DNA of 64,000 nucleotides from Lytechinus pictus (Eukaryota): NCBI RefSeq assembly GCF_037042905.1, contig NC_087261.1, positions 29,264,001 to 29,328,000 of the forward strand, read 5' to 3'. Shown piece by piece: positions 37,951 to 50,245 of this stretch (position 1 is its first letter; each line of letters starts with the position of its first letter). The notes under the pieces were generated by a model. It saw only the letters and a program-made list of their open reading frames with translations, ran no database searches and was not told where the DNA came from. The position numbers and the translations under genes were made by a program.

Positions 37951-38761
37951 TAGTACAATGTCCCTCCAGACAATTACGCCCTGAGGAAAATTACCCCCGA
38001 GGACAATTACACCCCGACCAACCACCCCCGGACATTGTTGGAAAAATGATTTACTCCTAAATATAAAATTATTGTGATGTAATATGGGTTTAAAGAAGAA
38101 TTAAAAGGAAATTTGTTGTAACGGCTTTAAGTAGATTCAGTATTGACCATTGGAAATGAGAAAAGAGCTACAAAAATAACTGTCTAATGTGAGAGAAAAA
38201 TCTATTCAGAGCAGTATATAAATACTATGTCTCAGCACGGCTGAATCACATCATGGCATGAATATGTATTGTTTAATTTAAATATATACATGATTGATTA
38301 ATAGTGTCATATTTAATATATTAAGATTTAATGTGTCTACTGGATTTTTTTTTACAAGAAATGAATTTGAGCCGGCATTAGAGCGAGGCTGGTAATGATA
38401 ATGAAAAAGAGCAGTGCAGAGACATAGATTGGACATGTTATGTACAGTATAATGGATATAATGAATACATGGCATAAAGTAATATCCTACATACAATAAC
38501 GTAATAAGCTATAGCAACATAATCGTGTTAAACAGGAGAAAATCTATTCAGAGCAGTATATCGATTCATATTAAACGAAATGATTATTATAGTATTCTAG
38601 GCAATTTTTATGGGCAAAAATATGTTATGCTCCTATTTGTTCATCCAAAGTAGTGCAGGATAAACTATACTAATTACGTTAAGAGACTGAAAATGTAAGC
38701 TAGTTTTCATATTCAATTGTAATGTCTTTTGATAATATACTTGCAATATATCACTTTTTCA

Positions 38762-39174
38762 AGGCGACCGCACACCTTACGATTGGTCTGCGACTCAATT
38801 TTGGAATATACGTAGTAGAATTTGATGCTAATATTGAGACTTGGAATATCTTACTGTGTAATGTTCGAAATCATCTTACGAATACCTATGTTCAAATCTG
38901 TGACTATGCTATCATCCTTCTTAGAATAAAAGCAAATTTAATATCTAGTCGTAATGACGTCATAGCAGTCGTACGATTGGCTACGATTTGAAACTAATTT
39001 GGCCTTTACTCCAAAAGAAAAGCTTGCAATCTTTCGAAATTGTTATATTAGTATTCTTTCAATTAGTTTAAACCTAAAAAAAATGATATGTTCCATTCAC
39101 ATTTTCAGAAAATGAGCAAAATGCGATTTGTTCCAAAATCGGATCGCGAACAGTCGTAAGGTGTGCGGTGGCCT
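38762..39174. mobile_element. Harbinger-type MITE
   Basis: tca|aggcgaccgcacaccttacgat...gtcgtaaggtgtgcggtggcct|taa. Confidence 0.85.
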
Positions 39175-39618
39175 TAACATTGATAAAATAAATGATCAAA
39201 AAATATATTATATATAAAAACAATCATGTCTTTATTACCTTTGTGAAAAAAAAATGTTTGAAAAATACATCTTTCATATGCTATCAACATGCACTAGAAG
39301 AAAAGAGGTACTTATATCGTCATAGTAATATAAACACTTGTGAAAAATGTAAATAATCGATTCATATTGAATCCACAAAGACTCTTCAAAAAGAAAATAA
39401 ATGTAAGGATACAGTTCTAACAGCTTACACCTTACAATTGATATTATACTTCGAATCAATATCTTCCCTGTTCTTTTTCATGCATTGAATCTACTTTTAA
39501 AAGAAAAAAAAAACAGCAACAACAAATGATAAATGCTATCGGAGCAAGAAAATTCAACAACACCTGTACACGGCGTCCAATCGAACATTGTTTCTTAATG
39601 TATTGATTTAATAAGAAA

Positions 39619-40595
39619 AATAAAGGAAGCGCCTCTGGCAGTCTCACCTGCATCACGCGATTCAATATAGCAGCAGTGCTGACTTTGAAAACTACTTTAA
39701 CATAATTATTCACAAAAAACACAATTCATATAATGATACATTGCTATGTTCATTGACAATAAATGACATTTGACCTTGATCATGCGACCTAAGACTTGTC
39801 AGTGATACTTGATTACCCCTATATCCACATTTTATGAACTATATCTATAAACTTTGAAAGTTATGACAGCAATCTAATGATTACCTTAAAAATGGCCAAA
39901 GTTCATTGAACTTAAATTATCTTTGACTTTGGTCATGTGACTTGAAACTCGTATGAGATGTTCAGTGATACTTGACTACTCTTCTGTCCAAGTTTTATGA
40001 ACTAGATCCATACACTTTCGGAGTTATGATGGTTATTCAACGATTCTCAAAAGTTAATTGACCTTTGACCTTGGTCATGTGACCTAAAACTTGCGCAGGA
40101 TGTTCAGTGATACTTGATTACTCTTATGTCTATGTTTTATGAACTAGACCAATACACTTATAAAGTTATAATGGTAATTCCACAAATACCCCCAACATGG
40201 CCACAGTTCATTGACCATAAATGACCTTTGACCTTGGCCATGTGACCTGAATCTCGCAAAGGATGTTTAGTGAGACTTGATTACTCTTATGTCCATGTTT
40301 TATGAACTAGACCAATACAGAGTTATATTGGTAATTCAACAAATACCCCCAACTTTGTCAAAGTTAATTGACCCTAAATGACCTTTGACCTTGGCCATGC
40401 AACCTGAAACTCGCACAGGATCTTCAGTGATACTTGATTACCCTTATGGCCAAGTTTCATGAACAAGGTTCATATACTTTCTAAGTTATGCTGTCATTTC
40501 AAAAACTTAATCTTCGGTTAAGATTTGATGTTGACGCCGCCGCCGTCGGAAAAGCGGCGCCTATAGTCTGACTCTGCTATGCTGGTGAGACAAAA
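39619..40595. mobile_element. Helentron-associated (HINE-like) non-autonomous element with ~140-bp internal tandem repeats
   Basis: Subterminal IR gtctcacctgca / gctggtgagac, terminal hairpin followed by an A run, GCC microsatellite, repeated tgacctttgaccttggtcatgtgacctgaaactcg. Reverse-oriented fragments at 49130-49235 and 57689-57915. Confidence 0.75.
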
Positions 40596-42501
40596 ATGAC
40601 TGGATGTAATAACATAGAACATTACTTTATTTTTTCTTTCGGGCCAATAGTCAAATATTGTATATATATATGTAAGTAAAATTGCAAAAATTTATATTTA
40701 TATCCCAAATAGTGTAATTGCATTTAATTTCATTTATTGGTTTCTGCAACACTTTTTCATAAACACATTAACAAAGAAAATACAATAATATACGTATAAC
40801 TGACAAGCAAACATTGAACCAAATTGCATTTTCTATTAATACATTTCGATTTTTAGAAGGTAGCGGGGGGGTCGCCACTATAAGCTAAGCTTGAGTGCAG
40901 GGCAACGTACATCGAGTGTAATTTCGTCACATTTTCTCATTTATAATCTTTTTATTTTTTTTACATGACCATGCTTGACAGTTATTATTGACAAGCGAAA
41001 ATCTCTGATGAAAAAAAAACAATGAAATGAATAAAAAAAAATTACTTCAAACTATTTCAATTACCTTAAAAAGTTACTTAGGACTATTTTGATTACCTAG
41101 ACTGTACTTTTTATTCAGATTGTCTTACTTTACTTTTAATTACATACGATTAAGATTACTACAAATTTATCCTAAGGGACTTAGAATTACAAGCTTCGCT
41201 TTTTAATAAGTCCCTCATTTTCATTTTCACATGCTAACTGTAATCTATAATTTGTCTAATCATCAAAATGTATCTTGATCAAAAATTGTATACATTTCAT
41301 CTATTTCCTACGAATTTGTTAATTGATTATTGAAGTATTCTTATGACACTTATTTTGTTTTGTACATTTATACATATGTATATATATGTTTGATATGTTT
41401 ATTATCAGAAAATGGAAGGGAAACATACTAAACTGAACTGAACTGAACATATTTTTTTCTATCATATACGATTTTCCTAGCACAAAAATTATATTTTATA
41501 AAAAAAAAAGGAAGAAAAAAAAAAAGTATATGTACATATATATTCCAACGTAAGATCGGTCCAAATTTAGCTACATTTGAGGCAAAATGGATATAATAAA
41601 TATATTGTACACTATGAAGCAAGACATGAATATTTAACCTGAATAATAATTACATCTCAAATTAGAGAATTGTTATCGATCCAGAACAAAATTAAAACGT
41701 GTCCACCTCTTATAAAATAAACTCTTTATGAATTCTCTGCAATAGAGTATACGAAAAGAAAAAAATATGAAACTGAATTTATTCAAGGAATCATCAATTA
41801 AGACATTCGTTGTAATGTTGTTATTAAACATTTAAGGATATGCATGTATGATATACGACTTTTGAACGACGGTTTGAGGTGGGAATCGATAACACAATCA
41901 TACACCTTACCGATCATTTATTGATTAAAATAAAATACCTGTACACGTTTATGAGAATAAATTTTATGGAACATTGAAATTTTTAAGTGTCCATTTGGCT
42001 ATGGGATAGGAGTGACTACATGTGGATTTTGAAGTACCATTTAAATATTTCATTTGGAGGATATATGAATGTAATATTGCATTAGGCTTGATATTTTGTA
42101 ACCAATAAGAATAATGACAAGTTATTATTATTATTATTTTTTCATTAAAGAAATTTGAGTCATTTCAGTAAGACTACGTGATATACATTACTTGTGGTGG
42201 GAAAAAAATGTTGATGGCATGTCATGCATTGATCACTACTCGTCCAAACTGGAAACGTGTCTGAATAGGCATCCAACCTAACTTACTAAACATTTCTTTG
42301 AAGGAACATCAAATCCTACTCCCAACACTACAATACATGCAGTTCGTTTTTGAACCCGTCTTTGTAATCTCTCCGACCAAACAGAGGAACAGTAATCAAA
42401 ATGTGGAAGAACGATGGCATTGTAAAGGAGTTTCAAGTTTTAGCTTGAAATTTGTTGATTACTTGTATAAACGAATGACGTCCTTCATGTCATTTATATA
42501 G

Positions 42502-42695
42502 GTGTGACCGGAGACCGAAGGGGTTTGTCTGGCGGAGGAGGACTTGGTAGATGCCCATTCTTCTCCTGTAGGTTAAATTTCAGGCCATGCGAATGTGAGA
42601 CAAATCAACAAAATTGTCACTCATACAAATGTGGCTCATCAAAAGTAAATGGTTCATTAAATTTAAAATCAAATACAATCAAGCCTATTGGATAA
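42502..42695 (+). CDS. Exon 3 (candidate terminal exon): RR site, Gly linker and 6-Cys peptide
   Basis: Acceptor tccttcatgtcatttatatag, phase 1 matches exon 2. Reads GVTGDRRGLSGGGGLGRCPFFSCRLNFRPCECETNQQNCHSYKCGSSK...stop. Confidence 0.55.
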
Positions 42696-42708
42696 CAGTA
42701 TATATCCC

Positions 42709-42858
42709 GGTGGGTGTTTCATAAAGCTTTATGCACGACTGGAACATGTTCTTAGGTCATAACTCAATTACATAGGGATGTCACATAGCACAAGAAAGGA
42801 TCACCAGTCGTTCGTAAAGTCATTCGTATCTTACGAACAGCTTCATGAAACACCCACC
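42709..42858. mobile_element. Short Harbinger-type MITE
   Basis: ggtgggtgtttcataaagct versus agcttcatgaaacacccacc. Confidence 0.75.
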
Positions 42859-43799
42859 CCGGACGCACGCTACTCGCAACAAAATAATTAACAAAAATAA
42901 CAAAACAAAACAATCCGCCCCCAAATTGAATTAATAAAATATGAAAAGGGATAGAAGAGCCCTTATTTTTCAAAACGTTTTGGAGTAATTTTCAAATCAA
43001 TTCTCAGCGATAGACCTTTTCTTATCAAATCATTTTGATTATATTTTTGGAACAGACCTCCCCATGCCTTTTAAAAATCATAGGATCACCCCTTGGTAAA
43101 ATAAGTCAAGAATTTGTATGATGTTTTGTAAATCATTTTTATTCAAACATTTTCGTAATTTCGTTATTGAATTTTTTCATATTCGGAGTGCACAAATTAT
43201 GTCAAGGAAGAGAGAGAAAGAGAGAGCGATGGAAAATGCGAGAGAGAGAGAGAGAGAGAGAGAAGGAGAATTATGCTAGCAAGCGAAGTAAACAAGCCTA
43301 AAAAGAGAATAAAAAAATGTATATAGTTCTATATTTTAGCAGTTGATAATTTTGATGTGAAAAATACAATCGTTCAACCTTTCCCACTTACCTTGTTTTA
43401 TTCGTTTTATCGATTTCATTTTTATTACTTTTTACTTCTTCTTTATTGTTTTTATTCTTCATTTTTTTATCAAAATATTTATCTTTCTGTTTATTTATAT
43501 TTTTTATTTCTATATATTTCTTTATTGATTGAGTGATTGATCATTTATGTATATTTTTTTTGGGGGGTAGGGGATTGGTAGTCCACCCAAATGCAAACTA
43601 TCCCAACATTCACCAGCGCATCAACGATATGTAGGGCATGTTGCAACGAGGGTGACCAGACGTCCCGTATTTTACAAATTTGTCCCGCGTCCCGTATGAC
43701 CCTGTCCGGGACGCGAAATTATTTTTTTCTATCGCAGATCCGGACCTTAAGTCTACCCTAACCCTATTCTGGTATCCCATTCTCACATTTACGCCCACT

Positions 43800-44365
43800 C
43801 CAAAGAACTCAAAATACTGCTGCAAGGATGGTTACTCTATCAATAAAATCTGAACATGTTACACCTATTCTGAAATCACTTCATTGGCTTCCAATACGCC
43901 AGCGCATCATTTTCAAAGTTCTTCTTATGACGGATAACATAATCAATGGCCTAGCTCCTGAATATCTCTCTAGCCTCATCCTCTCCGCTCTTCTAGCTCA
44001 CTCAGACCGCTTCTTTTTTCAACAGCCTTGCAGTTAACTTTAGGACCACGTCCACGTATATGGTGATCGAGTCGCTGTTTTTTTTGCTCCAATCCAGTGG
44101 AATAAATTACCATCTTATATCCATAATGCCAACTCCCTTGATCAATTTAAGACCTTGCTAAAGACCCGCCTTCTTAATGTCTAGATATCAGTTGTGGATT
44201 GGTCTCTATGGAGGTGCACATCTTAAATGCGTTTTGTCTGTTTCTTTAAATTTGGTTTTGAATTCATTAAGACTACTTTTTATTTTCCCTGGATATTTAA
44301 TTGATAGGCAAAAACTGAGCGCTTAGAAACATCTGATTTAAGCGCCCTACAAAATCATTATTACA
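43800..44365 (+). mobile_element. L2 LINE 3' end
   Basis: AARMVTLSIKSEHVTPILKSLHWLPIRQRIIFKVLL...GLAPEYLS is the canonical L2 C-terminus. 3' tail gagcgcttag...aagcgccctacaaaatcattatt. Confidence 0.9.
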
Positions 44366-44411
44366 TACTTAAGGTTTGACCAAGTCATTTAATTTTGAAC
44401 AAAAATTACAG

Positions 44412-44541
44412 CGCCATTACATAAAAGAAGGAAAACCCGGACGATCTCAGGTTAGGGGTGAAGGTAGTTTATTACCGTGACCGAGTCAACCATAAAGTAT
44501 GGAACGCTATACGAATCACAAACAATTAACACATAGTGGCG
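44412..44541 (-). repeat. 3' LTR
   Basis: cgccattacata...cacatagtggcg, contains AATAAA on the minus strand. Confidence 0.9.
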
Positions 44542-45970
44542 TGACCACTTTTTCTCCTTCCCGTGATTATTTAAGATTGTATACATTTATACAAGCAAAT
44601 CCAAAAATTTCTACTGACAGCTAACTATCGAATTAAAACAGAATACAGCTCTACACCTCAATGACAAAACAGGCATTTACTTAACAACAATCATTTCAAT
44701 CTTACTTTTCCTTCAACAAGTACCAACTGAACTATCATCTTTAAAATGTAAATTAAAACACCTGCTAATGGAATAGCCTCTTGTGACGTAAATATCTTTC
44801 AACTGACAACTGAAAATGCACATTGATAGGCAATACATGGTAACATACCTAAACTCTATACTTGGCTAAAACTTTTACACTATTACAACTTAAACAGTTT
44901 TCAGTTCAAAAATTCAATAAGACATAATACATAAACTAATATGCCAAGTAACAAGGTGCACAAACTATATCAACAAGCATGTTATTCGTTTAACAAAATG
45001 CATATACGCCTAGATTTCAAACAAAAGATAAATACATGTAAGAGCAACTCAACAATCAAAATATACTTTAAGTCACCATTTCTCTCCTTCTTCCCGAAAA
45101 GAAGAGATCTGCACACTCTACACAAGCTAGCATGTATACATGTACATGTATACAAAAGCCTGTAGCAATACTTAAAAACATATGATAAACAATTTCCATA
45201 CGATCAAATATCAATTCACTTAAAAAATAAAGGAAAAATCCAAAACAAACATACGCGTTCCGAAAAGGGGACACAAAGTAAGATAGGAAACAAACATAAT
45301 TAACCAGGCAGAAAATAACTGCTGACTTCAGGGAACTGACTGGAGAAAAGCAATCAATATAATTATACTGTGTCTAAACGAAATCAATCACTACACTCCG
45401 CAAAGAGGGCACTATGCTATAAAACATGTAAAATACTGCATATGAAAAGGATAACAGGCACTGTCAACACCATCAACATATAACATCATCAAAGTCATGT
45501 CATAAATGCAAGTTTATAACAAAGGCATTGGGTAATAAAGGCAGAGAAAAAAGGCAATCCTATCAATTATATTCTCAGTAAAAAAAACATGATAAAAAAA
45601 AAAATGGTATCATCGTTATAAAAAATACAAGAGATAGACGCAATCAATAAACAAGTGCATCCATTGAAACAAGACATCAGCAATTACACAACCTTTCATT
45701 CGCAAGTGCAACCAAGAAGTAACAAACGCACCAACCTCACAACCAAGGTAATGCAAACCCACATGAACACACACTAAATGTAACCAACAAACATCAGCAA
45801 TAAGTCACATATCACAAATGATTATCAAACAGAAACCAAAAATCTAAAAATAAGATAATTAATGAGCGAGACATGTAAAAGCAAAATAACTGGGAAACAA
45901 AAGTTAAAAATTCAAGGTTATAACTTGTGGAAAACAAAGTCCAAATCATCAAAGTCCAGATGACAAAGTA

Positions 45971-48649
45971 TCAGTCCTTTTGGCTGCCTAGTATAGGCAT
46001 CAACCAAGTGGGGTCAAAGTCCAGTAGAATGTGGGGAAGGGGCTCTTCAACAAGGTGAGGCCAACGATAAACATGTAAGATTCCTGAATGTCTATTGGGT
46101 ACGAGATGACCTGGACCTGCATGGGGAAGGGCAGCCAGAGTTCTCTCGGACAAAGGATCCAATCCGGCTTCTAGTGAGGGCGGTCGGGGTCCACAGTTCC
46201 AAGGGGTAAGACTCCAGGTAAGGTAGGCGTCACAGCAGGTAGGACCAGGCAAGGAAGGCAGGCCAAGGTCTAGCATAGAATGACCAGTGAAAGAGGCCTG
46301 CCGATGACAATCATAGGTTCTGTCATTAAGAGTGACCATGTAGCTAGTCACCGGAGAAGGCAATGAATGAACGCCCACCACAAGATCGGACTTGCCATTG
46401 TACTCAACTAAAGGCTGTCTAGTACAGTGAAGATCTGTATCTCCCGAACATGGACCAAATGGATCAAGATAGCTACCACGAATGGGGTCAGTAGTTGAAG
46501 CAGGAACATTGGCATCAGGAGGATATGTCGGCTTAAGCGTGGCATAGTTGTCATGGTAACGAATGTCGGGAACTGAGCACATGGGCTCAACGACACGAGA
46601 GGCGTGCGAGTCGCGATCTATGGACATCGACACGGACCTAGTAGTGACGGGGTCACGTCGGCTATGCATCTCTGGAGATGTCCCATACGAACAGTCAATG
46701 CTGGAGTACTCTTTGTAAGTACTCAAAGCGGCTATGGAGTTGTCAGAGAGTTTACATCCGTTCGAGCTGCCATGATACGATTCAACGACCGGTGTGTTGA
46801 CCGCGAAGAGACCTGTTGTTCGTGTACGATCAACAACATGGTTATGACAGTACGACTCGAATGCTCGTTTGCGACGAGCATAGTAGCTGCGATATGATGT
46901 AGCACTGCGAGACGAATCGGAATCCGGAGCGTGTTTGGTACGACTGTCGCGATTCGAATCGGCTATGGTCCTATCGATATCGTATTTAGTATCCGAACGC
47001 TTAGGCGTGCAACGATCTGTTCTAAGATTGACTTGCGAGTAACTGTCAGGGAAATACACAACATCAGAGTGCTCAACACCATCGACATATGACGAACTAA
47101 CAGGCACAGAGCTATGCTCAGTAATAAAGACCGGAGGACCTGGAACATTTACATGTTCCTCTTGGAACCTGCAAGCAAACCGACAATACACAGCCAAGAA
47201 TCCAACCGCAACAGGATTGCTGTAAACATCTTTAACTGTATCAGGGAGTTCATAGGCATGGAGTGTACTTGCAACACAATTTGGTTTGCAATAGACCTCA
47301 TGATACGTGTCTGAGAGATCGTGTTCAGTGTTAGGTATGATGTCATTAGTTATACCTTGTAAGATTTTGACATTGTTGTACCCATGTTTAGACATGTTAT
47401 TGAGATCAACTGATGGATCAACCTCACTTTCATCTACATTCATGGTTTCCTGAGAGATGTTGTGACTTATCATTTCACCAGCACTCTCAAGTAAGATGTT
47501 ATAACATATCATGTCACTTTCAATCATGTCACCTTCATTCTCATGTAAGATGTGATTATCACTCATGTCATCTTCATTCTCCTGTAAGATGTTGTCATCA
47601 ATCACTGTGACACCTTCACTCTCAGGTAAGATGTTATCATCACTCATCGTGTCACCTTCATTCTCGTGTAAGATGTTATCATCACTCACCATGTCACCTC
47701 CAAACTCATGTAAGATGTCATCATTCACTGTGTCACCTTCACTCTCGCGTAAGATGTTATCATCATTCATTGTATCACCTTCACTCTCATGTAAGATGTT
47801 ATCACCACTCATCATGTTATCTTCGTTCTCATGTAAGGTGTGATCATCACTCATCATGTCACCTTCAGACTCATGTAAGCTGTTATCATCACTCATTGTG
47901 TCATCTTCATTCTTGTGTGAGATGTTATCATCACCCATCGTGTCACCTTCATTTTCATGTGAAATGTTATCAGTATCAGTATCACTTATCATGTCACCTT
48001 CACACTCATGACAGGTGTTTCCTTCACTCTCATATCCAGAATCATAGTAACCATGGTTACTGATACTGAGGGGTGCACCACACTCATGTTCACTCACAGT
48101 CATGTCACAATGGGAGAACACTTCGCTCACCAGGCATGCATTGGATGTACATGTATCAACAATTGCACATTTAATCTTCTTCTCAGTCTTGTCATCAAGG
48201 CAAACTGTTGGACTGTCCGGCTTTCTCTCATGTGTGTGTTGTACTAAGCTACGGTATGTATGCTGTGGTTGTGTGAGATCTGTAGGCTGGTGTTCATTGA
48301 AATCATGGTAAATGAACTCAAGTCCAAAGTCACCGAATGTTATTAAACCTTTGGAAGGCCTAACAATCACATCGTTGTGCTCCATGAACGGTGCACCGAC
48401 GAGGATGTCACCTCGGAGACCTAGACCTACAAATGCATCATCTGCAATCACTAAACCATCAAACCATAGATTATAATCCTCGTAAGATAGCACAAAAGAA
48501 CTACTGCCAATCACACTCGACCTGGGAATGGGGAATCCCCCAACCGAAGGAATGTTATCATCAGCATCAAACTCGGAAAAATCAACACTGTCATAATCAA
48601 CAACATCAAATTCAATATCACAATGATCAACAACTGATTTGCTCACCAT
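45971..48649 (-). CDS. 892-aa LTR-element ORF: degenerate retropepsin C-terminal half, acidic 14-aa tandem repeats, highly diverged pol-like remainder
   Basis: VIGSSSFVLS...FDGLVI...DILVGAPFMEHNDVIVRPSKGLITFG resembles a Gypsy aspartic protease. HENEGDTMSDDNIL-type repeats. No RT YxDD or integrase motifs recognised. Confidence 0.7.
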   Translation of the reverse strand: MVSKSVVDHCDIEFDVVDYDSVDFSEFDADDNIPSVGGFPIPRSSVIGSSSFVLSYEDYNLWFDGLVIADDAFVGLGLRGDILVGAPFMEHNDVIVRPSKGLITFGDFGLEFIYHDFNEHQPTDLTQPQHTYRSLVQHTHERKPDSPTVCLDDKTEKKIKCAIVDTCTSNACLVSEVFSHCDMTVSEHECGAPLSISNHGYYDSGYESEGNTCHECEGDMISDTDTDNISHENEGDTMGDDNISHKNEDDTMSDDNSLHESEGDMMSDDHTLHENEDNMMSGDNILHESEGDTMNDDNILRESEGDTVNDDILHEFGGDMVSDDNILHENEGDTMSDDNILPESEGVTVIDDNILQENEDDMSDNHILHENEGDMIESDMICYNILLESAGEMISHNISQETMNVDESEVDPSVDLNNMSKHGYNNVKILQGITNDIIPNTEHDLSDTYHEVYCKPNCVASTLHAYELPDTVKDVYSNPVAVGFLAVYCRFACRFQEEHVNVPGPPVFITEHSSVPVSSSYVDGVEHSDVVYFPDSYSQVNLRTDRCTPKRSDTKYDIDRTIADSNRDSRTKHAPDSDSSRSATSYRSYYARRKRAFESYCHNHVVDRTRTTGLFAVNTPVVESYHGSSNGCKLSDNSIAALSTYKEYSSIDCSYGTSPEMHSRRDPVTTRSVSMSIDRDSHASRVVEPMCSVPDIRYHDNYATLKPTYPPDANVPASTTDPIRGSYLDPFGPCSGDTDLHCTRQPLVEYNGKSDLVVGVHSLPSPVTSYMVTLNDRTYDCHRQASFTGHSMLDLGLPSLPGPTCCDAYLTWSLTPWNCGPRPPSLEAGLDPLSERTLAALPHAGPGHLVPNRHSGILHVYRWPHLVEEPLPHILLDFDPTWLMPILGSQKD
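47440..48050. repeat. Coding minisatellite, ~42-bp unit, about 14 copies
   Basis: atcactcatcgtgtcaccttcattctcatgtaagatgttatc variants, all frame-preserving. Confidence 0.9.
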
Positions 48650-48999
48650 ATTAATGGTACAACCACTTCGTAGTTCGTACCTCTACTTGTACGAAGCAAT
48701 CACTCTCCTGCTGCCCCTGCACGACAGCAGGAAAATGGGGGGCTGGAGCGCGCCGCCTCTTCGACGCATCACCAAAAATGGGCCCGGTCACGGCAATGGC
48801 GCATCGCTGCGTTGATGCAAATCCATACATCTTCAGAAGTATGTGGGACTACGATTCACCTAAGAAAAAGAGCTAACCTGACATTATCACGAAAAAGTTA
48901 CATTCGAGCGCCCGGTCCCACGGATTGGATAAAGTTCCATAGGTGCCTGGAATAACACTGAGTCGAATGGTCTAGGTTCAGATCCCGACGGTGCCACCA

Positions 49000-49129
49000 C
49001 GCCATTACATAAAAAAAGGAAAACCCGGACGATCTCAGGTTAGGGGTGAAGGTAGTTTATTACCGTGACCGAGTCAACCATAAAGTATGGAACGCCATAC
49101 GAATCACAAACAATTAACACATAGTGGCG
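49000..49129 (-). repeat. 5' LTR
   Basis: Near-identical to 44412-44541, followed on the minus strand by the PBS. Confidence 0.9.
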
Positions 49130-50245
49130 ATGGACCTAGTTCACGAAACTTAGCCATAAGGTTAATCAAGTTTTACTAAATATCCTGTTTGAGTTTCAGG
49201 TCACATGACCAAGATCAAAGGTAATTGAGGGTCAATGTTCATATGAATCTTGTAAAATACTGTTGACTGATGACCTGTCAGAAGCATAATTGAAATTGTA
49301 ATCAGATTATGATGGCCGCGCTATGATTGCCAATTTAACGGTCAATCATTATGACATTTTTACCGTACATTTCATTGAATGACTCGTCTTAGTTATTATC
49401 TTGGTATACACGCCACGTACGGCTCCATTTGAAACATTAACGATGCTCAGGTAACTCCGTCAATTTGCTTGTGCAGGTGACGTAAGGGACCTATTATACA
49501 TGAAGGACATGGTTGTGCATATATATTTCCTACTGTGTTTTCCGTACTCCTGTTGCGTTAGATGAACATAACCAGTCAGTCGGCAAGCCCTCAAAAAGTA
49601 GCTTCTTTTATCCAAGTGATATTCATGACCAGCGTGTTTTTTACCTAAAATTATTATTAATGAGCTTGGTGCGAACCTAAATACCTCTTTTTATTTGACC
49701 ATTGCTGCTCTTAATATTGACCAAATTTCATGTACTTGGTATTTTTATAAAGAAGAAAAATCATTATTTTAGGTCATGTGTTTGGATTTTTAAAAGGATG
49801 TTGTAATATAGGGGAAACTTTTGATCTAAAACATGAAACAAAGTCATTATTTTCATGCAACGAAAGTTGTAATTTTACACCTAAATTTATGTTTGAGCCG
49901 AAGTGATTTTTTGACTATGATTATGATTATGATAAGATCTAAGCTTTAATATAATATCATTTTTTATAAGAAGAGGTATTTTAGATGGGTCAGCAGCCAG
50001 CTTTTCATAGGCCAAGGACATTTAGCAGCTCAAAAACAAGAATACTGCGCTCTGATTGGTTTAGAGACCACACACCCACGTCAATTCCAACGTTCCCCAC
50101 ACTGGCCTCTGCAAGGTCACACTCACCACGTGGTGATCTCTTCAAATTTCTTGCGCCTGTTGTTTTTAAAAAAATTCAGCCAATCAGAACTCGTCATTTT
50201 AAAGTGAAGAAGATGATAGGGTTGGCGCAAGAGTTGTAGAAATCT

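Larger units (their letters stand above)
44412..49129 (-). mobile_element. Non-autonomous Gypsy-derived LTR retroelement with CG...CG LTR termini
   Basis: 130-bp direct repeats at 44412-44541 and 49000-49129 (2 differences seen). PBS TGGTGGCACCGTCGGGAT (tRNA-Leu-like) abuts the 5' LTR, polypurine tract gggaaggagaaaaagtgg precedes the 3' LTR. Confidence 0.9.

Noticed and set aside
47440-48050. CRISPR-like regular repeats
   Set aside because: Contiguous degenerate 42-bp units without unique spacers, in frame inside an ORF, in eukaryotic DNA.
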